64,000 nt of DNA, taken from assembly GCA_018817165.1 (NCBI GenBank), contig JAHITY010000124.1, forward strand, positions 33,973 through 97,972. The letters run 5' to 3'. A program made the position numbers and the translations under genes. The notes beneath the pieces were generated by a model, which saw only the letters and a program-made list of their open reading frames with translations, ran no database searches and was not told the DNA's origin. Shown here piece after piece: positions 1 to 9,577 of this stretch. The stretch is from Candidatus Omnitrophota bacterium. GTDB lineage: Bacteria > Omnitrophota > Gorgyraeia > B26-G9. Numbering within the stretch: the stretch's first letter is position 1; each line of letters begins with the position of its first letter.

Positions 1-1
1 T

Positions 2-514
2 TTGAAATTAATGGGGCGGAAAGTTAGCAAACAGCAGATAAAGAGTTTAATCAAACAAATTCGCGCGAAATTGCCGGATGTTGCTTTGCGGACTTCATTA
101 ATTGTCGGTTTTCCTCAGGAAAGTGAAGCTAATTTTAAGGAATTATATGATTTTGTTAAAACCGCAGAATTTGAAAGATTGGGTGTTTTTGCTTATTCAC
201 AGGAAGAAAATACTTTGGCGGCCAAGTTAAAAGGTCAAATTCCTGAAAAAATAAAGCAAAGAAGACTTAAAAAAATTATGACTTTACAGCAGGAAATTAT
301 TATAAAAAAACATAATGCGCTGATCGGCAGAGAAATCGATGTTTTGATTGAAGAGGTTCCTGAAAAAAATCTGGCTGCTGGCCGCAGTCAATTTGATGCT
401 CCGGATGTTGATGGGCTGATTTATGTCAATGGAGAGAACTTACAACCAGGAGATATGGTAAAAGTGAAAATAACTGATAGTATGGTCTATGATTTAATTG
501 GAGATAAGCAATGA
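2..514 (+). CDS. rimO: Ribosomal protein S12 methylthiotransferase RimO, C-terminal part (5' end lies outside the window)
   Basis: Translation ends with the radical-SAM C-terminus plus TRAM domain typical of the RimO/MiaB family (LIVGFPQE...FERLGVFAYS...GDMVKVKITD). The ORF runs off the window start. Confidence 0.75.
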   Translation: MKLMGRKVSKQQIKSLIKQIRAKLPDVALRTSLIVGFPQESEANFKELYDFVKTAEFERLGVFAYSQEENTLAAKLKGQIPEKIKQRRLKKIMTLQQEIIIKKHNALIGREIDVLIEEVPEKNLAAGRSQFDAPDVDGLIYVNGENLQPGDMVKVKITDSMVYDLIGDKQ

Positions 515-1089
515 ATCTGCCGAATAAATTGACCGTCATCCGCATTATCTTGAGTTTTGTATTTATGTTTTTTATTTTTTCGCATGGACTTTTGGCTAAA
601 TCATTGGCATTTGCCGCTTTTCTGATTGCTTCGATAACTGATTTTTTTGATGGTTATATTGCCCGTAAGTATAATTTAATTACCGATTTAGGTAAACTGC
701 TTGATCCAATCGCGGATAAAGTTCTCGTATTAGCCGCTTTTTCTGCTTTTGTGCATATGCGGATCATTCCTGCCTGGATGCTGGTGATAATAGTATTCCG
801 GGAATTATTAATTACCGGAACCCGGTTGATTTTAGCGCGTAAAGGTAAAGTTATCGCCGCATCAGCCTGGGGTAAATATAAAACTGTGGGGCAGATGATT
901 TCTATTTTTATAATTTTAGGTTTTATAGTGTTAAAAGAAGCCGGGACTAATAAATATGATTTTTGGAGTCAGGCGTGGCAAATCAGTTCAATAAACATTA
1001 TAAATATAGTGATGTATATTACTATTGGATTGACCATTTTATCAGGAGCTTCATATTTCATGAGGAATAAAAATGCATTCAAAAACTGA
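511..1089 (+). CDS. pgsA: CDP-diacylglycerol--glycerol-3-phosphate 3-phosphatidyltransferase
   Basis: CDP-alcohol phosphatidyltransferase motif DFFDGYIARKYNLITDLGKLLDPIADKVL. Multi-TM, 192 aa. 4-bp overlap with rimO. Confidence 0.85.
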   Translation: MNLPNKLTVIRIILSFVFMFFIFSHGLLAKSLAFAAFLIASITDFFDGYIARKYNLITDLGKLLDPIADKVLVLAAFSAFVHMRIIPAWMLVIIVFRELLITGTRLILARKGKVIAASAWGKYKTVGQMISIFIILGFIVLKEAGTNKYDFWSQAWQISSINIINIVMYITIGLTILSGASYFMRNKNAFKN

Positions 1090-1540
1090 AAAACTTACCA
1101 AGCTTATTGTGACTTTTTTTTATTTGGGATATCTTCCGTATATTCCGGGGACATTCGGCTCATTAGCCGGTGTTGTTATTTTCCTTTTTTTAGGTAAGAG
1201 CAGTGTTGCGGTTATCTTGGCAACAATTTTTATTACTTTGTTGGGTTTTATTTTTTCTGGTTTAGCTGAGAACGTATTTTCCCGAAAAGATCCGTCATGT
1301 GTGGTGATCGATGAAGTAAGCGGTATGCTTTTGTGTTATTGTTTTGTGAAAATCAGTTTATTTAATGTTATTGTCGGATTTTTATTGTTTAGAATTATGG
1401 ATATAATTAAACCCTTTTACATAAAGCGCCTAGAAAAGCTTAAAGGCAGTTTAGGAATAATGCTCGATGATCTTGCGGCAGGAATTTATGCTGTGATTTT
1501 TTTAAAGCTAATTACTGTTTTAATTCAGATAAATAATTGA
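1073..1540 (+). CDS. pgpA: Phosphatidylglycerophosphatase A
   Basis: PgpA-like sequence YLGYLPYIPGTFGSLAGV...DPSCVVIDEVSGM...DIIKP, 155 aa membrane protein. Directly follows pgsA. Confidence 0.8.
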   Translation: MHSKTEKLTKLIVTFFYLGYLPYIPGTFGSLAGVVIFLFLGKSSVAVILATIFITLLGFIFSGLAENVFSRKDPSCVVIDEVSGMLLCYCFVKISLFNVIVGFLLFRIMDIIKPFYIKRLEKLKGSLGIMLDDLAAGIYAVIFLKLITVLIQINN

Positions 1541-1548
1541 TTAAAGTT

Positions 1549-2139
1549 TTAAGGTCTTGATAGTTCTGTTTCAAAAATTTTAGTATAAACAGGGTTTTCA
1601 TTGTTGATTTCACTTTTAAACAAAATAATTGTATTTATTTGTTCACTTATTTTTGCAGGTTGTATAGTATCAATAAGAGTATTAAGTTCAGATTTATTTT
1701 TTAGTGATTTTATTCTGGCTAGAGTAATATGGGGATGAAAATGTTTATCTCCGGCTTTTATGTTCAATGATTTTAAATCTCGTGCAATTAATGTACTGAT
1801 CTGAGTTACTTGGCTGTATCCGCTGCTTATTCCTGCCCAGAGAACTTGGTGGCCATTAATATATGGGAATACCCCTAAAACCCCTAAAGATAAATCGAAG
1901 CTCTTTGTTTGCTTTGAGATATTTTTAATAATTTGCTCAATTGGCTTAATTTGTTCAGGGGAGATATTACCCAAAAAACGAACGCTGATGTGGAGATTTT
2001 CAGGTAAAGTCCATGAAATTTCACCAGAAAGATGTTGGAGTTCTTTCTGAATTTTTTTTAATTCATCTAGAAGCTTTGGGTTTAACTCAATAGCAATGAA
2101 TGCCCGGATTAACTTTTTCATTTTTTTATTATATTCCAT
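1549..2139 (-). CDS. thpR: RNA 2',3'-cyclic phosphodiesterase / 2'-5' RNA ligase family (LigT/ThpR)
   Basis: Two H-x-T/S-x motifs (HISVRFLG and HPHITLARIK) characteristic of the 2H phosphoesterase family. Start chosen at an internal Met (MEYNKK/MKKLIRAF), because the long ORF 5' extension (MLFTIKTYYC...) looks non-coding. Confidence 0.7.
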   Translation of the reverse strand: MEYNKKMKKLIRAFIAIELNPKLLDELKKIQKELQHLSGEISWTLPENLHISVRFLGNISPEQIKPIEQIIKNISKQTKSFDLSLGVLGVFPYINGHQVLWAGISSGYSQVTQISTLIARDLKSLNIKAGDKHFHPHITLARIKSLKNKSELNTLIDTIQPAKISEQINTIILFKSEINNENPVYTKIFETELSRP

Positions 2140-2434
2140 TTTTGGAATTATGGCAAGGGAATAAAGGTTTTTTTTAAAAAGACAGGTAAAATTAAAATTT
2201 TGACTTGTAAAAATCACAGCTGGGCAGTAATATGTCTTTATAGTAAATAGCATAGATTAATCGGAGATAAACAGTGTTTAGGATTAAAGTTTATAGTTGA
2301 CTTAATCTGATTTCCAAAGAATTGAATACATCTTTTACTAGCGAATTGAATAAGCTTACCCTGTGTTTGGGCTTTTAATCGATATTTCTAAGCTTGAGTG
2401 TACTTAAATGAAAATAATTGCCTGGAGGAAATAA

Positions 2435-2788
2435 ATGGCATCACTTAATATGGACGGCCCTTACTTGCTTATACCGGATAAAATAGATGAAGTTGTTCCG
2501 TTTAGGACTCCAGGAGCATTTGCTTTAGGTTATATTTCAGATGTTGATTTTGTTGTGATTTATATTGGAAGGTCAGATGTGAATTTAAACAATGAGCTCA
2601 AGGACTGGGTTTTTAGAAAGAGTGATTGTTTGTTTTTCAAGTATTCTGTTACTAAAAACGCTCAAGAAGCTTTTCAAAAAGAATGTACTGCTTACCATGA
2701 TTTCGGCGGAATAAATCTTAAGTCTGAGAAACATCCTGAGCGGATGGCAGAGATGGATTGGCGATGCCCGGTTTGTGATATTTATTAA
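2435..2788 (+). CDS. Small hypothetical protein with degenerate GIY-YIG-like segment and C-terminal CxxC
   Basis: PGAFALGYISDVDFVVIYIGRSDVNLNNELKDW resembles the UvrC-type GIY-YIG motif (PGVY..VIYVGKAKNLRNR), but with F for the first Y. C-terminal RCPVC. 117 aa. Confidence 0.4.
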   Translation: MASLNMDGPYLLIPDKIDEVVPFRTPGAFALGYISDVDFVVIYIGRSDVNLNNELKDWVFRKSDCLFFKYSVTKNAQEAFQKECTAYHDFGGINLKSEKHPERMAEMDWRCPVCDIY

Positions 2789-2864
2789 TAATGATGAATA
2801 AGAGATATCGGGATAATTAATTGAATTTTACTAATTGACTTAAATCCAGGTTTGAAAGAGAAAA

Positions 2865-3347
2865 ATGTCAGATAATTCACAAAATGAATATTATATGCTT
2901 AAAGCAATAAAGTGCGCTAAAAGAGGCATAAGTCAGGGCCAGACTCCTTTTGGGGCATGTATAGTCAATAATGATCAGATTCTGGCAATTGCGCATAATA
3001 AAGTGTGGAGAACTACTGATATTACAGCGCATGCTGAAATTGTTGCGATTAGAGCTGCTTGCAAAAAGAATAAATCAATAAGTTTAAAAGGGGCTGTGAT
3101 TTATTCGACATGCGAGCCTTGTCCCATGTGTTTTTCGGCCATTCATTGGGCTGGAATTTCAATGATTGTTTATGGCTCTAGTATAAAAGATGCGAAAAAA
3201 GTTGGTTTTAATGAATTGGCAATATCTAATCTTAAAATGAAGAAATATGGTGCAAGTCGGATAAGCTTGGTTAAAAATGTATTGCTTAAAGAAAATCTTG
3301 AATTGTTTGAGACTTGGGCTGATTCATCTAAAAATAAAGTTTATTAA
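2865..3347 (+). CDS. CMP/dCMP-type zinc deaminase (TadA / guanine deaminase-like)
   Basis: HAEIVAIRAA (H-A-E zinc/catalytic motif) and CEPCPMC (PC-x2-C zinc motif). 160 aa. Confidence 0.75.
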   Translation: MSDNSQNEYYMLKAIKCAKRGISQGQTPFGACIVNNDQILAIAHNKVWRTTDITAHAEIVAIRAACKKNKSISLKGAVIYSTCEPCPMCFSAIHWAGISMIVYGSSIKDAKKVGFNELAISNLKMKKYGASRISLVKNVLLKENLELFETWADSSKNKVY

Positions 3348-3358
3348 AAAGGAGTGTT

Positions 3359-4033
3359 TTGGTGAGATTTAATCAGGTTTTGGTCAGGATTATCTGTTCT
3401 ACTGCGCTTTTGTCGTTTATTTTTGTGCTTAATGTGTTTGCCGGATTAACTGAGTCTGAAAGATCTGAGCTGAAACAGCTGCAATTGCTAGTGGAAAAAA
3501 ATGCCGATATGTCTGAAGCTCAAATGCAAAGGTGGGAAGAGTTGTTATTAAAAGACCCGGATAATCTAAAGAAACTAAGACAAAAAGAAATTGATAAGTG
3601 GAAGGCTGAGCTCAGAGCAGAAGGGGAGCAGATTGATCAATCCAATATAGATCGTCAATTAGAAAGCGAGTGGAATGATTTTTTGGTAGAGAAAGATGAA
3701 AAAATAATTAATCTGAATGAGCAAAATGTTGTCTTGTTTCTGCGTAAGATTCGTGATTTCTGCCGGATTGAAAAACAAAATAAAGTAGAGTATCCTTTGG
3801 ATTTAAATACACTGATATTAGATAATAATTCAAGCATAGAATCTGAATTATATTCGAAAATTAAAAAGATTTATAAAATTCAATACGAGAAAATATTTGA
3901 AAATTACCGTGTATGGGCTTTCCCGCTCGAATCAGGTAAGACTGGAAGAAAAAGTTTTTTACTTGAGAATAATACAATCTTTTTCACCTTGGACGGGTCA
4001 AAGCCAACTTTAAACAGTAATAGAATACTTTAA
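3359..4033 (+). CDS. Secreted coiled-coil hypothetical protein
   Basis: N-terminal signal peptide (LLSFIFVLNVFA), then charged heptad-like stretches rich in E/K/Q. No recognisable catalytic motif. Confidence 0.45.
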   Translation: MVRFNQVLVRIICSTALLSFIFVLNVFAGLTESERSELKQLQLLVEKNADMSEAQMQRWEELLLKDPDNLKKLRQKEIDKWKAELRAEGEQIDQSNIDRQLESEWNDFLVEKDEKIINLNEQNVVLFLRKIRDFCRIEKQNKVEYPLDLNTLILDNNSSIESELYSKIKKIYKIQYEKIFENYRVWAFPLESGKTGRKSFLLENNTIFFTLDGSKPTLNSNRIL

Positions 4034-4169
4034 TTTACTGATCAGCTCAATACAAATCTCTTTATTTACTTCGATAAAAATCTATAAGTTTACTCAATGC
4101 TATGATATAATTAACTTTAAATATATGGTTTCCATATTTAATTTTTGATTAATTTGATTAAACACAGGG

Positions 4170-5138
4170 ATGTTTATGAATCGAAAATCAATATTCGCTT
4201 TATCGCGAATTTTTATTAGTGTAGCTTTGCTTGGTTTTTTAGCTTTCTTGATGCGCGATAAGCTGGATGATTTGCTTCAAGTCATTAAAAAAGTTAATGT
4301 TCCTTTGTTTTTTTTCTCAATATTGTTTATTCTGCCGCTTGTTTTGCTATCCAGTTTGCGGCTTCAATGTTTTTTGTCAGTCCAGGGGATTTATTTTAAG
4401 CTCCATGAAACAATTAAGTTGAACTTAATAGGGTATTTTTTTAATAATTTCATGCCTTCAACTGTTGGTGGGGACGTAGCTAAGATTTATTATGTGAAAA
4501 GACGCTCAGGGGATTATACTAGGCCGTTTTCGGCAATTCTTATTGACCGGATTATCGGCCTTGCCGCTTTGATCGTATTCGCAGCAATAGCGGTAATGTT
4601 TTGGGGAAAGTTGATCAATAGTATAGCGGCAAAATCAATTGTTTTGCTGAGTTTATTGTTTTTAATATCGGCTATATGCTTGATTTATTTTCGGATTGCT
4701 AATAATGTTTGGGGATGGTTGCTGGGATTAAGAGTTTTTATTAGGCTTAAGAAAAAAATATTAAATATATCCAAGGCAATAAATTTATACCGCGGATCAA
4801 AAGCTTTGTTGCTTGGGTTTAGTTTTTCCTGTTTATCTCATGGATTAATGGCGGTTTATGCTTTTTGCTTGGCTAAAACCTTGAATATTGATTTAGCTTT
4901 GCCGATTTTTCTTATTTTGATTCCTGTTGTCAGCCTGATCAGCTGTTTGCCATCATTAAATGGCTTAGGAATAAGAGAGGGCGCGTTTGTTTATTTTTTT
5001 AAAGAATTTATCGCTCCGGAGCAGGCGCTAGCTCTTTCTATTCTATATTTTGCTCAAATGATAATTCTGAGCTGCATTGGTGGTTTGGTATACTTATTCA
5101 ATGGTGCGGAAATAATAAAGGAGGTATCTGATGATTAG
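4170..5138 (+). CDS. Lysylphosphatidylglycerol-synthase-TM-like (UPF0104) integral membrane protein, putative flippase
   Basis: About 8 TM helices. N-terminus and GGDVAKIYYVKR / RIIGLAALIVF pattern typical of the LPG_synthase_TM family, which is often found in glycosyltransferase clusters. Confidence 0.6.
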   Translation: MFMNRKSIFALSRIFISVALLGFLAFLMRDKLDDLLQVIKKVNVPLFFFSILFILPLVLLSSLRLQCFLSVQGIYFKLHETIKLNLIGYFFNNFMPSTVGGDVAKIYYVKRRSGDYTRPFSAILIDRIIGLAALIVFAAIAVMFWGKLINSIAAKSIVLLSLLFLISAICLIYFRIANNVWGWLLGLRVFIRLKKKILNISKAINLYRGSKALLLGFSFSCLSHGLMAVYAFCLAKTLNIDLALPIFLILIPVVSLISCLPSLNGLGIREGAFVYFFKEFIAPEQALALSILYFAQMIILSCIGGLVYLFNGAEIIKEVSDD

Positions 5139-5289
5139 TAAAGAATTGCTGGAAATACTGGCTTGTCCGGTTTGTAAACAGTCAGTTGAATTAAAGCAAG
5201 ATAAACTTATCTGTCAGCAGTGTAAGCTGGCTTTTCCGATAAAGGATGATATTCCCGTTATGATTATAGAGCAGGCTTTAGCAATATAG
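5131..5289 (+). CDS. Trm112/YcaR-like small zinc-ribbon protein (UPF0434), 52 aa. Not in the supplied ORF track.
   Basis: ATG at 5131 overlaps the stop of the preceding gene. Translation: MISKELLEILACPVCKQSVELKQDKLICQQCKLAFPIKDDIPVMIIEQALAI. Classic LACPxCK...C..C...FPI.DGIP pattern. Confidence 0.6.
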   Translation: MISKELLEILACPVCKQSVELKQDKLICQQCKLAFPIKDDIPVMIIEQALAI

Positions 5290-5300
5290 GTATTTTATAT

Positions 5301-6179
5301 ATGAACCTCGAAAGTAAAGCTCCCAAGGTTAGTATTATCCTTCCCACATATAATCGTGCGGGGTTGATTTCCCGCGCGGTTAAAAGTATTTTGGACCAAA
5401 CTTATCCTGATTTTGAATTAATTGTGATTGATGACTGTTCGAACGATGCGACAGCCTCGGTCATATCTGGGTTTAATGATCCGCGAATTAAGTATATTTT
5501 CTTAAGTAAGCATAATGGGGCTGCTTTTGCCCGAAATGAGGGGCTGAAAATCGCTTTTGGTGAGTTTATTGCTTTTGCGGACAGCGATGATGTCTGGTTA
5601 AAAGAAAAACTGGAAAAGCAGGTTAAGGTCTTAAAAAACGCGCCAGATGATCTGGGCTTGGTTTATTCCGCGATTTGGAGGGTTCAAGCAAAAAGAAAAA
5701 TTTTTTTTCCTGATAGGAGTTTTGGGCTTAAACGTAGCGGAAATATTTATAAAAATCTTTTATTTGGAAATTTTGTGACGCTGCATGTTTTGTTTCGTAG
5801 GAGCTGTTTGCGACGAGTTGGGATATTTGATGAAAAACTGCCTTGCTTACAGGATTGGGAGCTTTGGCTGCGCTTATCTAAAAAATACAAGTTTTTTTAC
5901 ATTAATCAGCCTTTAGTCCTGGTGTATAAAACGTCAGACGCGATATCCGAAAGATCTAATGATTTTAATGAAGCTTTGGAACGGATTATAAAAAAATTCC
6001 TAAAGGATTTTTCGCTTCAGCCTAAACTGCTGGCAAAATATTATTATATTTTAGGCCGCAGTTTTTATAAAAATAATAATAAAACTAAAAGCCGGAAATA
6101 TTTGGAAATGGCTTTGGATTTATCTCCCTTTGATATTAAATATATGTTTTATGTCTGGCTTCTCAGTCTTGTAAAATGA
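5301..6179 (+). CDS. Family 2 glycosyltransferase
   Basis: ILPTYNRAGLISRAVKSILDQTYPDFELIVIDDCSNDAT, a GT2 (GT-A) N-terminal signature with the DxD region (FADSDD). Confidence 0.8.
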   Translation: MNLESKAPKVSIILPTYNRAGLISRAVKSILDQTYPDFELIVIDDCSNDATASVISGFNDPRIKYIFLSKHNGAAFARNEGLKIAFGEFIAFADSDDVWLKEKLEKQVKVLKNAPDDLGLVYSAIWRVQAKRKIFFPDRSFGLKRSGNIYKNLLFGNFVTLHVLFRRSCLRRVGIFDEKLPCLQDWELWLRLSKKYKFFYINQPLVLVYKTSDAISERSNDFNEALERIIKKFLKDFSLQPKLLAKYYYILGRSFYKNNNKTKSRKYLEMALDLSPFDIKYMFYVWLLSLVK

Positions 6180-6346
6180 AATACAATGAATTTCTTGAAA
6201 TATCCAAAAAATATAGTTATTTTAATTCTAATTGTTAATTAAATAGTAATGATTTTGCTTGATTGTCTCTAAGCGGTTTCTGATGATTTTTATCCATATG
6301 ATATTTAGAACCTGGTATTATCAATAAAATAGAATGAGTTAAGCTA

Positions 6347-8449
6347 ATGAATCTGAATAATAAATTTCCCCAGATTAGTATTATTATCCCTACGTATAAT
6401 CGGATGGATTTATTGCCTAGGGCTATAGATAGTGTGCTTATTCAGGGATTTGATAATTTTGAGATTATCGTTGTTGATGATGCGTCTACGGATAAAACGC
6501 ATGATATTGCCCAAAATTATAAAAATGAAAATATAACTTTTATGTTTTTGGAAAAACATGGCGGGGCTGCAAGAGCTAGAAATGTAGGTATTAAAGTAGC
6601 AAAAGGGGAGTTTATTGCTTTTCAAGATAGTGATGATCAATGGCTGCCGGATAAATTGGAAAAGCAAATGGCGGTTTTTGAGAAATCTTCTGCGGATGTT
6701 GGGGTAGTATATTGTGATATGTGGAAGGTTGGCAACGGCATTGCTGATGAATATGTGTCTATGCCCAGGATAACTCCGGAAAACGGGATTATTTATCAAC
6801 AGGCTTTGGCAGGTAAGTTGATGGGGTTGGGGCTTGTTTCTGTAATAATCAGACGGGAATGTTTTAATAAAGTCGGTTTGTTTGATGAGAAATTACAAAG
6901 GCATATGGATTTAGAGCTTTTAATGCGCATTTCAAAATATTATTTGTTCGCGCATATCCCGGAGCCGCTGGTCAAATATTGCTTAACGAAAAATAGTATT
7001 TCGTTGAATTTAAATTCTTTACTTGAATCAGAAAAATTGATTTTTAAAAAATATTATAATGATATAGCCGGGCAAAAGGGACTTCTCGGCAAATATTTGT
7101 ATAATATCGGTACTTTGTCTTGCCAACTAGGGCAAATGAGGGAGGGAAGAAAATATATTCTGCGTGCATTAAAGGCAGTGCCGACAAATCTTAAATTTAT
7201 CGCCGCGTTTGTTTTTTCATTATTTGGGAAAAAGATATATCGGAATTTAATTGTTAAAAAAAATTTATTTTTCAAAAAGACCGTTAAAGAAAAAAATATT
7301 CCGGTAAAATCGACAATATTATTTGTAGTGCATACAACAGTAATCGGCGGAGCAGAACTTTATCTTTTAAAAGTTCTTAAGCATCTTAATAAAAATAAAT
7401 TTTCCCCTGTTGTAATTGTTCCCGATGATGGCTGCTTGAACCAGCGTTTAAAACAGATTGGCGTACAAACGCAAATTGTCGCATTAGGGCCATTCCAAAG
7501 AAAAAATCCTTTCCCGCACATTCGGTCGATCATTAATTTATTTAGGCAGATAGTCAGATATAAGCCTTTAATAGTGCATTCTTTTACGCGGCCGGCACAG
7601 TATTATTGCGCTTGGGCAGCAAAGCTTACTCGTACAGCTAATATCTGCCATTTTCACGATATAATAAATTGGGATGATTATACTAAATTTTCAAAGTGGT
7701 CAGTATCTTCTGCGGATATTGTGATTGCTGTATCTTTGGCGGCTAAGGAATGTTTGCTTAAAGGCAATATTCAAGAGGAAAAAATTGTTGTTATAAATAA
7801 CGGTATTGATCCAGAAGAGATCTCTCAACCGGCTGATATTAAAAAAATAAGAATGGATTTTAATCTGAAAGAAAAAGGGTTGCTAGTGGCTGCGGTAGGA
7901 CGGATTGTTCCTGAAAAGGGTTTTGATGTTTTTATCAGAGCAGCGGCTGAGGTTTTAAAAAATATTCCTGATGTGAAATTTATTATAGTTGGTGAGGAAC
8001 AGGCGCGATTAGGCAGCAGTTATTCTTATTTGAATAATCTTAAGTTGCTTGTTAAAGAATTGGATATTGAAAGTAATCTTTCTTTTACCGGGTTTCGTGA
8101 GGATGTGTTGAGTATAATTAAAAGTGTTGATTTGCTTGTATTGAGTTCAATTATGGATGCATGTCCTACAGTGATATTGGAGGCTATGGCTTTAGCTAAG
8201 CCTGTTGTAGCTTCTCGGGTAGGAGGTATTCCCGAAATGGTTGAGGATAATATTACAGGGGTATTGTTTTCAAACGGCAATTTTCAAGAGTTAGCTAAGC
8301 ATATAATTGGTTTGCTTTCTGATGAAGAATATAGGCTGCGTTTGGGTGAATCAGGCAAAAATAAGGTTAAGAAAAGTTACTTAATCAAGGAAAAAGTTTG
8401 CCGGATAGAAGAATGCTATAATAAATTCTTAAAAAATATGGAAAAATAA
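6347..8449 (+). CDS. Bifunctional glycosyltransferase: N-terminal GT2 fused to C-terminal GT4 (group 1)
   Basis: N-terminus IIIPTYNRMDLLPRAIDSVLIQGFDNFEIIVVDDASTDKT...FQDSDD (GT2). C-terminus GRIVPEKGFDVFIRA...VLSSIMDACPTVILEAMALAKPVVASRVGGIPEMV (GT4 E-x7-E-like region). 700 aa. Confidence 0.8.
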   Translation: MNLNNKFPQISIIIPTYNRMDLLPRAIDSVLIQGFDNFEIIVVDDASTDKTHDIAQNYKNENITFMFLEKHGGAARARNVGIKVAKGEFIAFQDSDDQWLPDKLEKQMAVFEKSSADVGVVYCDMWKVGNGIADEYVSMPRITPENGIIYQQALAGKLMGLGLVSVIIRRECFNKVGLFDEKLQRHMDLELLMRISKYYLFAHIPEPLVKYCLTKNSISLNLNSLLESEKLIFKKYYNDIAGQKGLLGKYLYNIGTLSCQLGQMREGRKYILRALKAVPTNLKFIAAFVFSLFGKKIYRNLIVKKNLFFKKTVKEKNIPVKSTILFVVHTTVIGGAELYLLKVLKHLNKNKFSPVVIVPDDGCLNQRLKQIGVQTQIVALGPFQRKNPFPHIRSIINLFRQIVRYKPLIVHSFTRPAQYYCAWAAKLTRTANICHFHDIINWDDYTKFSKWSVSSADIVIAVSLAAKECLLKGNIQEEKIVVINNGIDPEEISQPADIKKIRMDFNLKEKGLLVAAVGRIVPEKGFDVFIRAAAEVLKNIPDVKFIIVGEEQARLGSSYSYLNNLKLLVKELDIESNLSFTGFREDVLSIIKSVDLLVLSSIMDACPTVILEAMALAKPVVASRVGGIPEMVEDNITGVLFSNGNFQELAKHIIGLLSDEEYRLRLGESGKNKVKKSYLIKEKVCRIEECYNKFLKNMEK

Positions 8450-9577
8450 ATGAATATAGTTATTGACGCATTGGAAGCAAATCTGAATAATAAAGTGGGT
8501 ATGGGCAATTACGCGGATAATTTAATTCGCGCTCTGGCTTTAATTGATCAAAAAAATGATTATACCTTGTATGTTAAAAATCCAGCAAATAAAGATAGTC
8601 TGGTTAAACAAAATAATTTTAAGTATAAGCAGCTTGCCAGTCCGTTGATTCGTTCGTTTTGGAGTCAATGCCGGATTCCGCTGGAACTGATTCGGGTCAA
8701 GCCGGATTTATTGCATGTGCCCACAGGTCATAAAGTCCCGTTTAATTGTCCGCAACATACTGTGGTTACAATTCACGACTTGGCTTTTCTTAAATTCCCT
8801 GATTACTTTAAAACCTCAGTTAAATGGCGGTGTGAGCAGTTTACTCGGCATGCGGTATTAAAAGCTGAAAAGATTATTGCTATCTCTGAATCAACTAAAA
8901 AAGATATTATCGATTATTATAAAGTTGATCCCAAAAAGGTCGAAGTTATTTATCATGGGGTAGAAGATGATTTTAAACCCGGGGTTAGTCAAGAAAAAAT
9001 TGATTTAGTATGTGAAAAACATGGAATAACTTTGCCATTTATTTTGTTTGTGGGAGTTCTTCAGCCGCGGAAAAATATCAGCTGCCTGATCAGAGCATTT
9101 AAGCAGGTTGTGGAAGCGGGCAAGGATATGCAGCTGGTTATTGCCGGCGGTAAAGGCTGGATGTATGATGAAATCCTGAACACTGCCAGGCTTTCGGGAA
9201 TCAGAGAGAGGATTATTTTTACTGGTTATACGCCTAAGTCAGATGTGATTTGTTTGCTTAATGCTGCTAAGGTTTTTGTTTTACCTTCATTGTATGAAGG
9301 ATTTGGGTTGCCAATATTAGAAGCAATGGCTTGCGGGGTTCCGGTTATTGCGTCCCATGTTTCCTCAATGCCGGAAATTGTACAGGATGCCGGGATATTG
9401 ATTGATCCGGATAATCAACAGAAAATCACTCAGGCTTTGCTTGATATCCTGAACAATCAGAATTTAGCCCAAATTTTGATTGCCAAAGGATTAAAAATAG
9501 CTCAAAGTTTTACTTGGGAAAAAACAGCGAGAAAAACGCTTAAACTTTATGAATCGATGCTGAAAAATGGGAAATAA
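8450..9577 (+). CDS. Family 4 (group 1) glycosyltransferase
   Basis: C-terminal FILFVGVLQPRKN...PSLYEGFGLPILEAMACGVPVIASHVSSMPEIV, typical of GT4 retaining glycosyltransferases. 375 aa. Confidence 0.8.
   Translation: MNIVIDALEANLNNKVGMGNYADNLIRALALIDQKNDYTLYVKNPANKDSLVKQNNFKYKQLASPLIRSFWSQCRIPLELIRVKPDLLHVPTGHKVPFNCPQHTVVTIHDLAFLKFPDYFKTSVKWRCEQFTRHAVLKAEKIIAISESTKKDIIDYYKVDPKKVEVIYHGVEDDFKPGVSQEKIDLVCEKHGITLPFILFVGVLQPRKNISCLIRAFKQVVEAGKDMQLVIAGGKGWMYDEILNTARLSGIRERIIFTGYTPKSDVICLLNAAKVFVLPSLYEGFGLPILEAMACGVPVIASHVSSMPEIVQDAGILIDPDNQQKITQALLDILNNQNLAQILIAKGLKIAQSFTWEKTARKTLKLYESMLKNGK

Noticed and set aside
6410-6799. Antisense ORFs from the track embedded in strongly supported genes (for example 3655-3837, 6410-6799, 7054-7275, 8026-8280, 10119-10453, 13288-13569, 14622-14879, 18214-18531, 19010-19517, 29029-29445, 36170-36938, 53493-53771)
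   Set aside because: Each lies wholly inside a sense-strand gene with clear family motifs. The translations are low-complexity or AT-codon artefacts. None has an RBS.
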